In this document: positions 23,580-38,240 of the stretch, in pieces
Layout: each line of letters opens with the position of its first letter
Numbering within the stretch: position 1 is the first letter of the stretch
Source of the DNA: Eledone cirrhosa
Taxonomy: Eukaryota
Direction: 5' to 3'
DNA: 64,000 nucleotides
Assembly (NCBI GenBank): GCA_964016885.1
Contig: OZ024740.1
Location: 58,280,001 to 58,344,000, forward strand
Made by a program: the position numbers and the translations under genes
The notes under the pieces: model-generated
What the model was told of the DNA's origin: nothing
Database searches by the model: none
The model's input: only the letters and a program-made list of their open reading frames with translations

Positions 23580-26118
23580 AATAAACCTACAAACAGAAAG
23601 CTTTTCTTTTTAAATTTAGATTCTGAAATCATCTCTTATATTCATCTAGAGAATATGTTTCAATATTTGCTTATAACAGTAGTATAGAGAAATTGTATGA
23701 TAGAAAGATGTATTTTATAGAAACCTTTATCTGAAATTCTGATTATTAGTTTAAACTAATTTAATGCTTCCACTAAATTACAATTCAACTAAATTACATA
23801 ATTTAATCCTAGCATTGGGATTATTGTAAATCTCTTCCCTTAGATATTTTCTATAATGTTGTTTCAGACTGGATTCTAAAATGTAATTTTTGTGATGTAT
23901 ATAGTTAAATTTGGTTTTAAATGTTTTTAATATTTGATAGTTTGGCAGTTACACTATTTCAAAATGTGAATACAAACTCAATTAATCATATAAATTACAA
24001 AAATAGCAAAAACAATATATTCAAAATTAACTATTTAAAAGTCTAATTTCATTTACTTTTGACATTAATGAAATATATATTTTATGAACTATCCTCATAT
24101 TTTTCAGTTCATGTAAGGAATATTTTTATAACAAATTTATATGCAGCATCATTGTAAACTGTGAAATGGTTTTGAATTTAGATATCAATCATGTCAGTTA
24201 TACTAAAAAAAAAAAAATTATAAAAAGAAATTCAAATATGGAAACAAAATTTCCTGCATTCTTATAATGAAATAGAGTTTTCTCAATAATCTTCAATTTA
24301 ATATTGTTCATCACTTTGCAAAATCTAAGAAGCCAAATAAAGAGTAAAATATCCAGTTAACTAGAGGCAGTTGCTGACATGAAGATTTGTCAGCTGTCGG
24401 ATGTAAACACTATTTCTAATACTTAAAATAAAGTTGTTTATGTTTTTGTTGAAATCAAGAATTAAGGCAAGTAATTATGAGTTAAGATAATTTTGGTTGT
24501 TAATTTCATGTGAGGCTATTTATTAAGTTATGGCTCAATAGAGGTATCCAATGTTTATTTTTTCCTTGAAATGATAAGGTAACAATTTCATATATTCAGA
24601 AAATACAAGCCTTAGAAATGCATGATTTATATGACTTGGTTCAATAAAATTATTCTTGTATATTGTGAGCAAAGGAAAATAAGAAAACATTTAAATAAAA
24701 TTATAAAGAAAATTTAAAATATTTGTCCTATAGATAGAAAAATAATGGCCACATCTACACCCCACCCCACAGATATCACAGTTTTACTAATCTTGCATTT
24801 TATACTTTCTTTATTCTTTCTCTTTTTCTGAAGATATAAGTAGGTATAAGATAAAGATTAAGAGGAATGCTGTTGGGAATAGAACCAGTGAAGAATGTTG
24901 TGAAGAGAAATGGAATGAGATGGTTGGGTCATGTGTTGAGGAAAGTGACTAGGTGAGAAGAGTGATAGGAATGGATGTGGAAGTACAGGATGGGGAAGAC
25001 AGGCTAAGAAAGATATGACTAAAAATTATGGAGGAAGAAATAAAAGCCATGGGGTTGGTGATAGGGAAAAAATTGATGTTTGTCATGGGGCCTCCAAAGC
25101 ATAACCCCTGCCTTAGCAGGGAAAATTGTCTTAAAGCACTTGTATAAAGATTAACAAGAAGAGAAAATGAAAATCCATAAAGTAATCAAATGAACAATAA
25201 GTATAATGGTTATTGATAGTTTTAGAAAATGAATTTCTAATATTAGCTGATCAAATTTGATAGAAAAGTATTAGTTATTCAAATAGAAATATGTATGTGT
25301 GGACTTTTAAGACCTAGTAATCATAGGGGTGCTGTCGTGACATACATTTTTAACTAGCAAACCCTCTCCAGCTTTGAATACACTTGATTTCTTCCAAAGA
25401 AAAAGAAAGAATTATAGAGAGGAAGTGAGAAAGAGATTAGAAGAAGAATCAACCCCAGTCCTGGACTAGCACTTTTTTTTATTTATTTTATTTTTTTTAT
25501 TAACTTTCAAATAATGAAAGGCAGAAATGACCTTGGCAGAATTTAAACTCGGAGTTCAGAGAGCCAGAATGAATACTGCAAAGCATTCTATCCAACATTC
25601 TAACAATTCTGTCTATTCACTGTCAATTCACTGCCAATTCAAATGGAAATACAGCCAACTATTGTTTAATTTCTATAATATGACTGCCAATGTCATCATG
25701 ATAATAAGATATAATTGCTATTGCATGATTACATCAAATGCTACTCCTTTGTTGTATACTTTGAGTATTTTGCTGGCTTTAGTGATAGGACTATGACCAT
25801 ACTGAGGCTTCAACTTCAATGGATTTAGTTAATGATATTGTTTGATATTAATTTTATCAATTTTACCAATTGTTTGATATTAATTTTATCAATTTCCAAT
25901 GAATGTTTCGATTCAGCTCATGAGTTAGTCCCTTTACTGATGAACATACCTAAAGCTACACCAGTTTATACTCACCCATACACACATAGACACTCACTTG
26001 TGTACGTATACTCACTCATACATGCACACTCATACACTCACACACTCATTCATTTACATACACACACCTATTCATTTACATACACACACTCACACTCAAA
26101 CGCACTTATTTATATTCA

Positions 26119-26149
<31 letters not shown>

Positions 26150-26664
26150 ACACAGACAAACACATAGACATGCAATTTTTGTCTTTTAAATTTCACTCGT
26201 GAGACATAAGTTGACCTGAGACTTTGAATGAGAAAACTTGTCCAAGGTATCATACTGTTGAACTCAGAACAAGTTTCTAAAAGGATCTTCTTAACCATGT
26301 GACCATGATTAGATATATCATACATATATTTTTCACTGTATATTGAGGCAATACTTCTTTTACCCTCATTTATTTTGGTTCAGAGAATGCATTAGATTGT
26401 GGATACTTGTATGAATCTGCTTCATACACTTCCTTCTACAGTAGAAAGGATCTGTTATCATATATAAAACAAATTTTGTTTTTCTTTACCCCATTCTCCA
26501 ACTACTAATATACTTATGACACTGGTCTACATCACTTTCAAACTCCTATTCATTTTGCTCATCACATCTCGATCTAAAGCAATAGAATTATATAATAGAT
26601 TCTATAAAGTAACACAAAATTATTTACATTTTTGTGTACTGTTTCTATATTTTAAATTGTCATA

Positions 26665-27290
26665 ATCATCATCATTTTACATCTGCTTTTCTCTGCTTGC
26701 AAGGGTGGGACAGCCCTCTTCAGCACAGCATCTCTCCATTTGTCACAGTCCTTCATCATCTCCTCTGCGAGTTTCAGCAATCTGAGGTCAGCTCTCATCA
26801 CCTCCGCCCATGATTTATATGGTCTTCTTCACCCAGCAGTCATCTTCCATGCACATCACATGGCCATACCAATGCAGTCTTCTCTCCTGCTCACTACAGT
26901 TTATTCCTCTTATACACAGTTTCTCTCTCAACTCATCCATCCTTGGTCGTTCACACACATTGACATTGCACATCCATCAGAGCATGCTTGCTTCATTTCT
27001 CTCCAACCTTCGCATATCCTCCACAGTTGCTGCCCATGTCTCACTACCATGCAGCGTCGCACATCTCACACAGGCATCATACAACCAAATTTTTTAGCGT
27101 AGGGAGAAACCCTTCATTGTCAACAGAGGAAGCAGCTTCCTAAATTTCTTGCATCCAGCCCTTATTCTAGATACTATGGCCTCGGAGCATCCTCCTCCCT
27201 TGCTAATCTGATCACCTAGATATCTGAAACTATCAACCATCTCTATAGATCCTACCTGTGTTTGAAAAATGTGCCTATCACTGACATATA
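26665..27290 (-). mobile_element. Old RTE LINE 3' fragment
   Basis: SIEMVDSFRYLGDQISKGGGCSEA...KFRKLLPLL, a short 3' UTR and (GAT)n. Confidence 0.85.
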
Positions 27291-27295
27291 TCCAT

Positions 27296-27478
27296 TGGAT
27301 TGGCAGTATCGCTAGAGGGTTGGATGCTATGCTTTCCAACATAGAGTTATGGCCCTTTGCATTCAAATCCCGCTAAGGTTAACTTTGCCTTTCATCCTTA
27401 TGGGGTCGATAAAATATAGCACCAATAATGCACTGGGGTAATTGCTGGCCTTGTGCCAAAAGTAGAAACAACTATTTA
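27296..27478 (+). mobile_element. tRNA-derived SINE with Meta-like core
   Basis: Same family as 22076-22258. Confidence 0.78.
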
Positions 27479-28585
27479 TTATATGTTATTTATCTCTATA
27501 ACATATGTTACACCCTCCTGTAATATTGCTAACAGATACCTTTATAATTGAAGTTAACCAATTTGATTGCAAAAGAAACCTTTACTTTTCATTGTTAATG
27601 AAAACAAGCTATGAGAACGTCTTTATTAAACAACCTGGAATCCCATATAAAGCAAAAGGTTGATGATTGAGTATTAAATTTCCATTAGAAGCTTAAAAGC
27701 TGAGCTATTGTATGGTCCATGACCTCTAGCTTCTAAACATTTTAAGTATTCATCCAAATATATGAAACAAAACTAAAATATGAAATTCTCTTTTTATTAT
27801 CTAATCAGGAGAGGATACGTTTTTGAATGCATTTTCAGAATTGTAAAGTTGAGGTGATTAATGTTTTACTTGAATTTCTGCAGGATGATGCCAGGAAAGA
27901 ATTATAGGTAGGGAGATTGTTCTGTTGTTGAAAAGCTAAGAAAAATGTAAGATCTAGATTTTAGAATATATTCTTTCGAAAGCAATAATGAAAAGGGAGA
28001 TAGGGTGTAGGTACTGGCAGACAGCATTGCCCTACTTCTCAGATTCCCTCTTCCTCCCAACTTTCTCCTTGTGGACCTTAGTATACTCCTAGTTTTTGAA
28101 ATTCATTTTCATCACTGTTGGAGTGGTAAAACATGAGATGCCCTGTAGAAGTGATATGTCATTAACTTACAAGGATGAGCTCTGATCTCCCCATGATCAT
28201 TAAAATAGAGAATAAGAAACTAACATGCCCTCACTATCTTAGCACTGCATCTGCAGTCAATGACTGAATCATCTAACAGGTTTTCAGACATTTCTTACAG
28301 ATACAATAACCTTTGTGAGTCTTAATGCTTTTTCTTACTAAAGTGTTAATATAACAGTAGCATTTCAACTATTTATCTGTATCACATATTAAAAACTGAA
28401 CGAATATGCCCCCCCAGCTTGATTTCTGCTAATCAATCTATACAAATGTATGAAAAGGAAAAAAGTACATTTTTCATGTGTGAATGTTACACACTCATAC
28501 TGGCATATTTGATTTTGCAGTTTATTTAATTTAATTCAATTATATTTATTCTGTATAAGAGAGGTGCACTGACATTGTGTTATAT

Positions 28586-28909
28586 ATCATCATTTTACGT
28601 CCGCTTTTCCCTGCTTGCAAGGGTGGGACTGATTCTGGCTTGATTTCTACAGCTGGATGCCCTTCCTAACACGAACCTCATTTACAGTGAGTGCTGGGTG
28701 CTTTTTTGGCGTGGAACCTCCGCGACCACTTTGCAGTGGAATGATATGGACCCCAGTCATATCATCTCATTTCTACAGCGGAGTAAACTGGAGCAATGTG
28801 AAATAAAGTGTCTTGCTCAAGGAAACAACACATCACCCGGTCTGAGAACTCAACTCACAACCTTTCGATTGCAAGGCCAATTCTCTAACCACTAAGCCAT
28901 GTGCCTCCA
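28586..28909 (-). mobile_element. Full-length CORE-type SINE with RTE-derived tail
   Basis: tRNA-like head TGGAGGCACATGGCTTAGTGGTTAG, CORE-like middle and RTE tail. About 23 bp of the 5' end are duplicated just downstream at ~28925-28947. Confidence 0.85.
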
Positions 28910-28943
28910 TATATATATATATAAACCACTAAGCCATGTGCCT

Positions 28944-28988
<45 letters not shown>

Positions 28989-29220
28989 CATCATCATCAT
29001 CATTTTACGTCCGCTTTTCCCTGCTAGGTGTAGAAATCAAGCTAAAATTAGTTCTGTATGAGCAAGACATGGTCACCTGACTTGGCATTGCCCACAACAA
29101 CACAACTCTTCTAACCCAGGCTAGCATGGAAAAATGGACGTAAACGGTGATGAGGATGATGATGATATATATATATAGAGAGAGAGAGAGATGAAAGATT
29201 TATACTAATAGCACTAATGA

Positions 29221-29410
29221 AATAATTGTTTCTACTTTTGGCACAAGGCTAGTAATTATCCCAGTGCATTACTGGTACTTTACTTTATCGACCCCGTAAG
29301 GATGAAAGGCAAAGTTAACCTAGGCGGGATTTGAAATCAGATCATAAAGGGCTGTAGCTCTTTGCTGCAAAAGCATGGTGTCCAACACTCTACCGATACT
29401 GCCAATCCAC
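29221..29410 (-). mobile_element. tRNA-derived SINE with Meta-like core, followed by a ~20-bp tandem repeat (to ~29508) of its 5' end
   Basis: Family match. GTCAATCCACCACCCC(T)T is repeated. Confidence 0.8.
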
Positions 29411-31086
29411 CACCCCTGTCAATCTACCACCTTGTCAATCCACCACCCCTGTCAATCCACCACCCCTTGTCAATCCACCACCCCTTGTCAATCCACCACC
29501 CCTTGCCAAAGTGAAAGTATCTGAAAAATCCATTTTTAGAAATATATGACTGATAAATATATATGTAAAAGTTCTAAAATTTTAAATCATGTAATTTACA
29601 TAATTGAAAAATATTGTACTGAAAATTAGACAATATCAGAAAGTTTTCCAATGACAATTAATAGATAATGTGTCATTACCTTTGGTCATTAGGGAATTTT
29701 TCTTGTCAATTTTGATATAGTCTAGCCTGTTTATGAATTCCTCAGAGTAGTAGTGTTGGTGCGGCTACATTCTAAATGACTGTTTCATAACTTTTTCATG
29801 GAGCTGATACAGAGAGAAAGATGGGCAGGGGGAGGGGTCAAACTAGTACTTGATTGATACTTTATACATCAATCCTGAAGTAATGAAAGGCACATTTGCT
29901 TTTGACAGGACTTGAACTCAAAACATAGAAAGCTAGAACAAATATTACAATGATTTAATAACTTCAAATCTGATAATTTATTTTGTTAAATAAATGGTAA
30001 CTACAAAAATATATTTATATCATGTATAAGAAAATATAATAACACTTGATTCTTTACAATATAATACATTTTTTAAATTCTATTTTGGTCCATATTTCAT
30101 GTAGGATGAATCTTGTTTCAAAGAATAAACATAATCATTCTAATGCTCCAGTGGTTTTGATATCTTTCTTCTATGTCTATAATGATTTGGTGAATAAAAA
30201 TCTTGACTTTCATGTTATTCAAGTCAAAATTTTCAAGAAAATAAGAATGTGAAGGTGTATTTTTACATTCATCCAGCATTTAGTTTTTTGAAATCTATTG
30301 TCTGATTTTTAGAGTCGTGTCTACTTGATTTTATTATGACATTGCTAGTAAACAAACTATTAGCTAACAATGGAGTCTGTACATTATTGCTAAATCTTCT
30401 AGAAATAGCAGCTAAAGCTTCTTCAAATCAGAACCTTGCCTTAAAAACAGAAATGTATTTAATCTTAGATACACTATACTTGGATGTGAAAAAAATATAC
30501 ACATATGTCATATATGATAAATGTCATGTATAGTTTGGTGGAATCAAAATTGCCAAATGGTTAAGGAGTTTACTTTATAATCAGTAGCTCTTAGATTTAA
30601 TCCCACTGCATGGCTTCTTGGGCAAGTGGTATTTACTCCAGTCTCAAAGCGTTGTGGGTGAAATTGGGTAGATAGAAACTGTTTTGATCGTCCACACCTG
30701 TAATTAAAAGAATGTCATGCTGAATATCCAGGAAAATTACATTAATGGTACTGTGTGTAAACAATTCTCAGTCACACATTAATTTCATGATCAAGCTGTC
30801 CCATTGATCTAACAACTGGAACACTCATCATTGAAACTGATGGAGGCCCATTACATTCCAGTGGCTTTTGAATCACGTATGGTTTTCAATTAAGAATTGG
30901 GAGGGATTCAATAATATAATAACCATCATTGTTAAGCCAGTGTCTGTATATTATTGCTAAATCTTCAAGGAATAAGCAGCTAAAGCTTCAAGTTACAACC
31001 TCCTGTCTTGAAAATGGAAATGTATTTAGTCTTAGATACACTATACTGGGATGGGGGGGGGGGGATATACACATATGTCATGTAAG

Positions 31087-31305
31087 GGCAGTGAATTGAC
31101 AGTATCGGTAGAGTGTCAGACAATATGCTTTGCAGCATAATTATGGCCCTTTATGTTTTGAGTTTGAATCCCGCCGAGGTTAGCTTTGCCTCTCATCCTT
31201 ACAGGGTTGATAAATAAAGCACCAGTCGTGCACTGGGGTAGATTTATTCGACTTTCCCATGCCTCCAAAATTGTTGATCTTGTGCCTAAATCAGAAATCA
31301 TTATT
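31087..31305 (+). mobile_element. tRNA-derived SINE with Meta-like core
   Basis: Family match, diverged. Confidence 0.72.
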
Positions 31306-33559
31306 AAGCTGGTGTCTGTAGCATTATTTTTTAAAGATTCTTACCTAAAACTATACTGGAAGTTTTTTAGATAAATATAAACATTAAAAAATAATCAGTT
31401 TTGTTTTGTAGAACCAGGATCTGACTTAAATTGTTTGTTTAAAAGAGTTGAGTCAATGCTGAGGTTATCTTAGATAAAGGACATTATAGTAATCAATGGA
31501 GATAATGTAAAATTCATTATCAAAATAGTGAATAGTACAAGTTCTGTATATGCAAATAATACATAGAATTTTCAACTTGGTGAACATTTTTGTGTTGTAA
31601 CTAATATAATCAAACGATTTTTTAATATTAAGTTAACTTAGAGTTAATAACTTCAATACACGTTTTTGACTATGAAAAATAGTTTAATAAGTTGAGATGG
31701 AAAAAAGTGAACAGTGTGATGCTCTCCAGTTATTTCTCTCTCTCCAGGGATTTTAAGCCTAATAAGGCTATTTTTTCCTAATAGTCATAAACGTGTTGAA
31801 GCCATTAACTTAATATTAAAAATTTGTAATTTGTCCACTAGGTCGCAAAATAGATTGTTTAGAATCAACAGATATAAATTTTAGAAATATCAACCTTGTT
31901 AGAAAGATTCTTCTTCAGATTATTGTTGTGAATGAGGAGTTTTCATACAAATATTAGGGCTATGTTATGAGTAATTTCTGCAAGCTGCAGTATAGAAATA
32001 TGTGTAGGAAATGAATCAAGTTTATGGGATGAAAGCAACAGCTATATTGTTTGCTTATAAAGTTGATATATGGATTACAATTTTGTTTTGTATTTCAGAG
32101 ATACATCGTCGTCTTTTTCATCATTTTACATCTGCTTTTCCATGCGTGCATAGAATGGACAGAACCTTTCTAGCACAGTCTCCCTCCACTCGTAGCATTC
32201 CTTTGTCAGCACTTCTTTGGGGCTCAGCTCTAATCACCTCTGTCTAGGTTTTTCTCAGTTTTTCTCTACTACAGAACCTTCCACTAGCATCTCCTGACAT
32301 TTCTTCTCCCAGCATTCAACATCCATATACATAAAATGTCCATACCAGCATAGTTTTCTCACTTGCATACTTCATCTGACTACTTAGCTTCTCTCTCAGT
32401 TTATCCATACCATCACTTCTACATATTAACATCACACTTTGAATGGAGCATGCTCACTTCCTTTCTCTCCAGCCACTGCACATCCTTCCCATGTCTCAGT
32501 GCCATACAGCATTGCATTTGTCATGTAGGTATCATTCAATCTATTCTTTGCTTGTAAAGAAAATCCCATGTTTTATATTTCAATTGTAGTTGTACATGAG
32601 ACAATCAAACAATGTTCGCATATAATTAGTGTCTAATAGATGACTTTATGGTGCTGTTCCAATCATAATGTTTTATTTCACACTATAAACAGTTACTTTG
32701 CAAATAGTTTAGCACTGTGAAAATGTTTAAGTTTCTTTAGATTTGAAATGATATACAGCTATAACAAAACGAGCAGGAAAAATTATAGAAACAGCTAATC
32801 TTGTTTAAACACCAAAAATAATAAAGTGATAATGCAATAACTACTTCTTTAAACCAAGGAAGATAAAGAATTTTTCAGCTGAATATATATCTAATCTAGT
32901 AAACCCTCATGTCATTTGCAAATTACCAAATAGCTGTTTCTTGATAGTCCTGGTGGACAGTTTAAATTTGTAGATCACCCTAACTCATGTTAATATGAAA
33001 AATGGATGTGAAATATTTAAAAACCTGAAACATAAAAAAAACTTTTATAAAACAATACAGACTATTTAAACACATTTAAAGTAGGCTAATATTAGTTAAT
33101 TCTTTTTCATCCTGATAATGTAATTGAAAAAGCTCCATTTAGTACCAATTGAATGTTGATAGAATGAAATGTTTCTAAACTATTCATTATCTCTTCCTTT
33201 AAATAATTAGCTTGTCAGTTGAATAATCAGTCTAATGAACAGAATTTCTTTTTATAACTCTTCACTTGTTAAAGCTTTAGATATTTTTTTTTCATCCTAA
33301 ATTTATAATTAATGTTTGCTTGCTATTATTTTACTATTCTCATAAAATTAAAAAACATGAGTTAGTAGTAATGGTTTGCTCCACATGTTATTAGGTTGAA
33401 TTATATGATTTAAATTTCACCTCATATTTTTGAGTTAGAATTGTACTTTTTATATATCTCAGTAACATATGATAAGGCTTATTTTTATATTTGATTTATT
33501 TTGATTTATTTTAAACTCCATTTTTACATGCAGCAGCATAATATATTTCTAATATCTTC

Positions 33560-35158
33560 TGCACATTCATTACTGGTGCCATGATGAAGTTCCTTCTCCA
33601 GCTTACCCTGTCTAGCATTGCCATGTGAAGTTCCCTTGCCTCCATTCCAGTGTCTTCTTCAAGAACATCCTCCAGTATGATGTTTGGTTTCTCAACTTAT
33701 GTGCATACATCTGGTTTCCAGAAAAGAACTCTGCCAGCAGGTTCATTGTGACATTTCACATGTCCAGCTAATGCGAGTCTCCTTCACCTTATTATGTGAG
33801 AAAGGCAAGGATTTACACCATAGAGCAGTTTATTTGCTACGTGTATTTTCCAGGATATGCTCAGGATCTTTCTCAACATTCACGGCAATGTGACATTGAT
33901 CTGCTTGAGTGATTTTGTTAATGTCCATGACTCATATCCATAGAGGAGAATGGGCTCGACTATTGCTTTGAATAGCATCATATTCATAGTTTTCTTGGTT
34001 GGAGACATCCACACCTTTGATAGGGAGTTGAGAGCGCTCAATGGAACTGCCAAGGAATACAGAGATATCTACTTTTTCAATTGTCAAACTGTCTAATGCA
34101 TGCAATTGGTCGTTTTATGTTGCACTGAAATGCATGAATTTTGTTTTGTTAGCATTCAAGAAGAGTCCAATTGACTGTGCTACAACCTCCACTCTGTGTA
34201 ACATGTCCTCAGCTTCTTTGCTGGTGTTTTCCAAGAGAGCTATGTCATCTGCATAAGCTAGTTTGGTTACAACTTCCTCCAGATGTTGGGTATTTTGCAT
34301 AATCAAGGTATATCACAAAAAAGGAAGGAGGCAGAGGATCTCTCTGGGGACTCTGGTAGCTATGGAGAATAAGTATGTTTTCTTTGTGTGTTATTACAAG
34401 TGCTGAAGTACTCTCTTATACATGACTTTAATTGCATTCACAATCTGATGAGATATCTCTTATGCAAACAGAATTTTTGAGCACCTTCCAGTTGATTGAA
34501 TCAAAAAGTCTTGAAATCTATGAATACAATTACTACCATCTTCTTGTGATTCTGTACTTCCTCAACAATCCTTCTTCAAACCAAAATATGTGAGGTTGTA
34601 GAGAGCAACATAGCTAAAAACCCCTTTCAACTGGAATGTAAAATGTTGTTAATACATCGTCTGATTCTATTCAGTATCATCCTATTTGAATTCTTTGCTG
34701 CTATTTGTGTAAGACTGATGGCTCTATAGTTGGTGCAGATGGTGATGTTACCTTTCTTGGGTATTGCCACTATTCCTGATATTCCCCATTCCTTCAAAGG
34801 TTTCAATGTAGAAATTTCTTTTAAAATGTTCATGGTTTGAGTAGTTTCCATAGGTCTAGAGTTAGGCCATGAAGCCCAAGAGCTTTACCTAATTTCATTG
34901 CCTTTAGTGCATTATTCACTTCTATAGAGAATTCAATGATGCTTAATCTCTAGGTGGACTTCAAATGCTGGGTCAAGCACTTTATCTGGCTCACAATGAT
35001 TGTCATCTGTGAAGAGTTTGTGAAAGGGCTCCCTCCAAGTTTGATGACAGATGTCCCCTTGGATATATATCACACTCTTCCTCTTCCTAATAGAAAGTTC
35101 TTTTATTAGTTTCCAAGATTCTCTGGGGCTGTTGTTAATATTCTCAAAATCAACCTGC
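33560..35158 (-). mobile_element. Old APE-type LINE (RTE/RTEX-like), RT half
   Basis: IPKKGN..NYRAISLTQIAAK and LAYADDIALL...IGLFLNANKTKFM, with many stops and frameshifts. Confidence 0.8.
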
Positions 35159-36698
35159 AAAGCTCATATCAGCTAGATTTTTCTGGCCAAATATGAGGCG
35201 TGAAATTGCTGCTTGGTGCCGTTCCTGCGTCGCTTGCCAGAGATCAAAGGTCCATCGACACGTCAAGGCTCCCCTGGGTACCTTTGCTAACCCAGATGCG
35301 CGTTTTTCACATATTCATATTGACATAGTGGGACCTTGGCCTGTCAGCGATGGTTTTTCTTATCTGCTGACCGTCATTGACCGTTTTTCGAGATGGCCTG
35401 AGGCCATCCCCTTGAAAAACATCACCGTGGAGACAACAGCACGTGCTCTTGTGTCTGGATGGATCTCTCGTTATGGAGTTCCATCCACAATAACTACCGA
35501 CCGTGGACGACAGTTCGAGTCAAGCCTTTTCCTCGAGCTGTCAAAATTAATTGGTGCTAAACGCATTAGAACTACGGCGTACCATCCCGCTTCGAATGGT
35601 ATGGTGGAGCGTTTTCACCGACAACTGAAGGCCTCCTTAATGGCCTCAATGGACTCGGCGCATTGGAGCGAGTACCTCCCTATTGTGCTACTAGGGATTC
35701 GGTCAACGGTGAAGGTCGACTTTGGATTTTCACCGGCCGAAGTACTGTACGGTGCCCCTCTGACGTTGCCCAGGCAAATGCTTGCCCCTATCGATCTTGA
35801 TGCCCAAGATCACGCTTCCTACGTGTCCCATTTGCGCTCCTATTTCCAGGATTTGCCGCCAATGGACACTAGGAAACAAACTGTCCAGACTGCTGTCCCG
35901 AGGGATATTGCCTCGTGGACGCATGTCTTTGTAAGGAAAGATTCTGTGAAGCCTCCGCTCACACAGCCTTACACTGGACCTTACCGTGTCTTAGCGCGCT
36001 CGGCTAAGCATTTCACATTAGATATTAAGGGGTCCAGAGAGACAGTTACAATAGACAGGCTTAAGCAGGCACACCTTGACACAGACGCTGTGGTTCCTGA
36101 TCCACGAACCCCTTCGCATTTGCCTGTTGAGCGAACGCCTGTTCCTGAACCACCATCATCGCCTGTCCCTACACCACCACCATCGCCACGTTACAAGACC
36201 ACAACCCGTTCAGGTCGTAGGGTTCACTGGCCCAAAAAATTTTGCAGCACCGTCTATATTTAGACTATGTTAGCTGCACCTTTTTTTTGCCTCTGTGTTT
36301 CTGCTTTTTCTTTGCCTTGTTTTTTATGCATGCATGTTGTTTTTTTTTTAACATTTTTCAAATCCTTATTCTGGATTCAATTTTTGGTAGAGCGAATAGC
36401 TCCCCCTTGTTGCATTGTTCGCCATCTTACTCCACATGTGAGTAATGACATCGATTTTCGATGATTTGAAAATCTGGCAGGGGGTACTGTAGTAAGACGC
36501 CTCACACCTCTTGATAGAACAACGCTGGTTGAGAACGCGAGAAAAAAAACAGACAGCCACTGGAAAGCAGACTGATCACACGCCAGAAACCATCCTCTGT
36601 ACCACACCATTGTTTGTGCTACATCAAAAATAAACATATATTTCATCTCTAATTTCTGCTGTTGAAATCATTATTATGTCACTCGTGTCTCAATAACA
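35159..36698 (+). mobile_element. Ty3/gypsy LTR retrotransposon 3' fragment (integrase, PPT, 3' LTR)
   Basis: Integrase ORF, purine tract GGCAGGGGG at ~36476-36484, then an LTR TGT...ACA at 36488-36698 containing AATAAA. Confidence 0.88.
35193..36263 (+). CDS. Ty3/gypsy integrase (3' part of pol, lacking its own start)
   Basis: CRSCVACQ (end of HHCC), [29 protein letters not shown] (DD35E) and PYTGPY (GPY/F). The frame extends upstream as [11 protein letters not shown]. Confidence 0.92.
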   Translation: MRREIAAWCRSCVACQRSKVHRHVKAPLGTFANPDARFSHIHIDIVGPWPVSDGFSYLLTVIDRFSRWPEAIPLKNITVETTARALVSGWISRYGVPSTITTDRGRQFESSLFLELSKLIGAKRIRTTAYHPASNGMVERFHRQLKASLMASMDSAHWSEYLPIVLLGIRSTVKVDFGFSPAEVLYGAPLTLPRQMLAPIDLDAQDHASYVSHLRSYFQDLPPMDTRKQTVQTAVPRDIASWTHVFVRKDSVKPPLTQPYTGPYRVLARSAKHFTLDIKGSRETVTIDRLKQAHLDTDAVVPDPRTPSHLPVERTPVPEPPSSPVPTPPPSPRYKTTTRSGRRVHWPKKFCSTVYI

Positions 36699-37740
36699 TC
36701 TATAAACCATACTGCTAAAATCCTTCAGATGTTCAAAAGTATAGGGCTGAATTTTCTGGTAATACTGCGCATCTGAAACAGTAGATTTGCGGGTTTCTCT
36801 TCTAACTGTAGTGATTGCTGCACTTTCCATTAGGTATGGCACAATGGGGGTGTGTTTGTGGGATTTTCCTACCTACTTCATTACAGATGGACACAAATGA
36901 AGTATAATTTTTCTCTTCAACTGGCAAGGATTAAAATCTATCAGCAATTGATTTGTCAGTTGTTCTTGCAATCTTGACATCTTCCCTTAGCACCCTCTAG
37001 TAAAGCTGTTTCTTGTTAGATCTCCTGTTGAGTAATGGCTGAGTTTAACTTTGTCTGGAATGATATCGTTATCTCTCCCTACAACTGCAGAGAAATTATG
37101 TGCCTGATAATCATGAATATTGTTTGTCCACCATTTCCTATCAATGATAAGTCAATTTGGGATAAGATGCCTATCTGAGTGTCATCAATCCACAGTTTCC
37201 ATTTCAGTTTCTGGAAAATGGTGTTCTCAGCTAAGGGATTATGTTGATGTAGAAACGCTAGAAATATGCCATTTGTATTTGTACTCTGGTGGTATAAAAA
37301 TGTTCCTCCAATTGCATGTTGGAGTCTCCTCCAATAATTAGCATGGCATGTTGGAGTACTCAGTTGGTGGTAAAACTTCTATATCCTTTTCCAGTGGGGT
37401 GAATAACAGCTTATAACAGCAGTTTTTGGATTTCCTTTGAACATTGCTGTGACAATCCGGTTATTGACTTTAGTTTCCTTTGTATGTAGGAGCTGTGTTT
37501 GTACTGTCAAACCAACTCTTCCAATAGCACCACCAATGTCATTTTTTGATGTTGATGCAGTAAAGAGAGTGCTTTTGCTGATGTTATAGGCAATGTTATG
37601 AGTGTTGATATGATTGTTGAGCTCCTCATGGGAAGAGTAGGATGTGAGTGAACAGTTTAGAGAGCCAAAAGTGTATGGTCTCTTTGGTTGAGATAGTCCT
37701 CTCTTATTTCTAACATTGGAAGATGCTCATCCAGTTTGAT
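36699..37740 (-). mobile_element. Probable 5' (endonuclease) half of the old LINE interrupted by the gypsy fragment
   Basis: Decayed APE-like remnants on the same strand as 33560-35158. Heavily degraded. Confidence 0.55.
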
Positions 37741-38098
37741 TTAGAAATCATCTGCATAGGAAGAAGTTGAACCTTCTTCAGGACCATGCAGTGACAAAAT
37801 CATGGGCTCTCAATGTGGAGTTGTTGTTTGTACCAGTCAAATTTATATTTCTTAATTTTTTGAAAATGAATGTTGTTGCATTAAGGACAAATTTTAGTTT
37901 GTTCTATTCATATGAAAATAATTAAGCATTCTGAATAAATAACTAATAAGTAACAAACATCAGAAATAAAATTTTTACTGAAATTCAACCCTAAATTCCA
38001 TGACTACTTAATATTTTCTGAATTAGCAACAGGGTGGTTTAACATTTTTCATACAAAACAGCTTGAGACTACTGCTTGTTTGTTTTAAAGTGTTTATA

Positions 38099-38205
38099 TC
38101 TTCTTCTTCTTCTTCTTCTTCTTCTTCTTCTTCTTCTTCTTCTTCTTCTTCTTCTTCTTCTTCTTCTTCTTCTTCTTCTTCTTCGTCGTCGTCGTCGTCG
38201 TCGTT

Positions 38206-38240
<35 letters not shown>

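Noticed and set aside
27884-27907. Possible 24-nt micro-exon (ctgcag|GATGATGCCAGGAAAGAATTATAG|gtaggg)
   Set aside because: Splice-like flanks alone are common by chance, and no partner exons or transcript evidence are available.
28840-28909. tRNA gene candidates (A/B boxes, here and in the other SINE heads)
   Set aside because: There is no complete cloverleaf, and each continues into SINE core and tail sequence.
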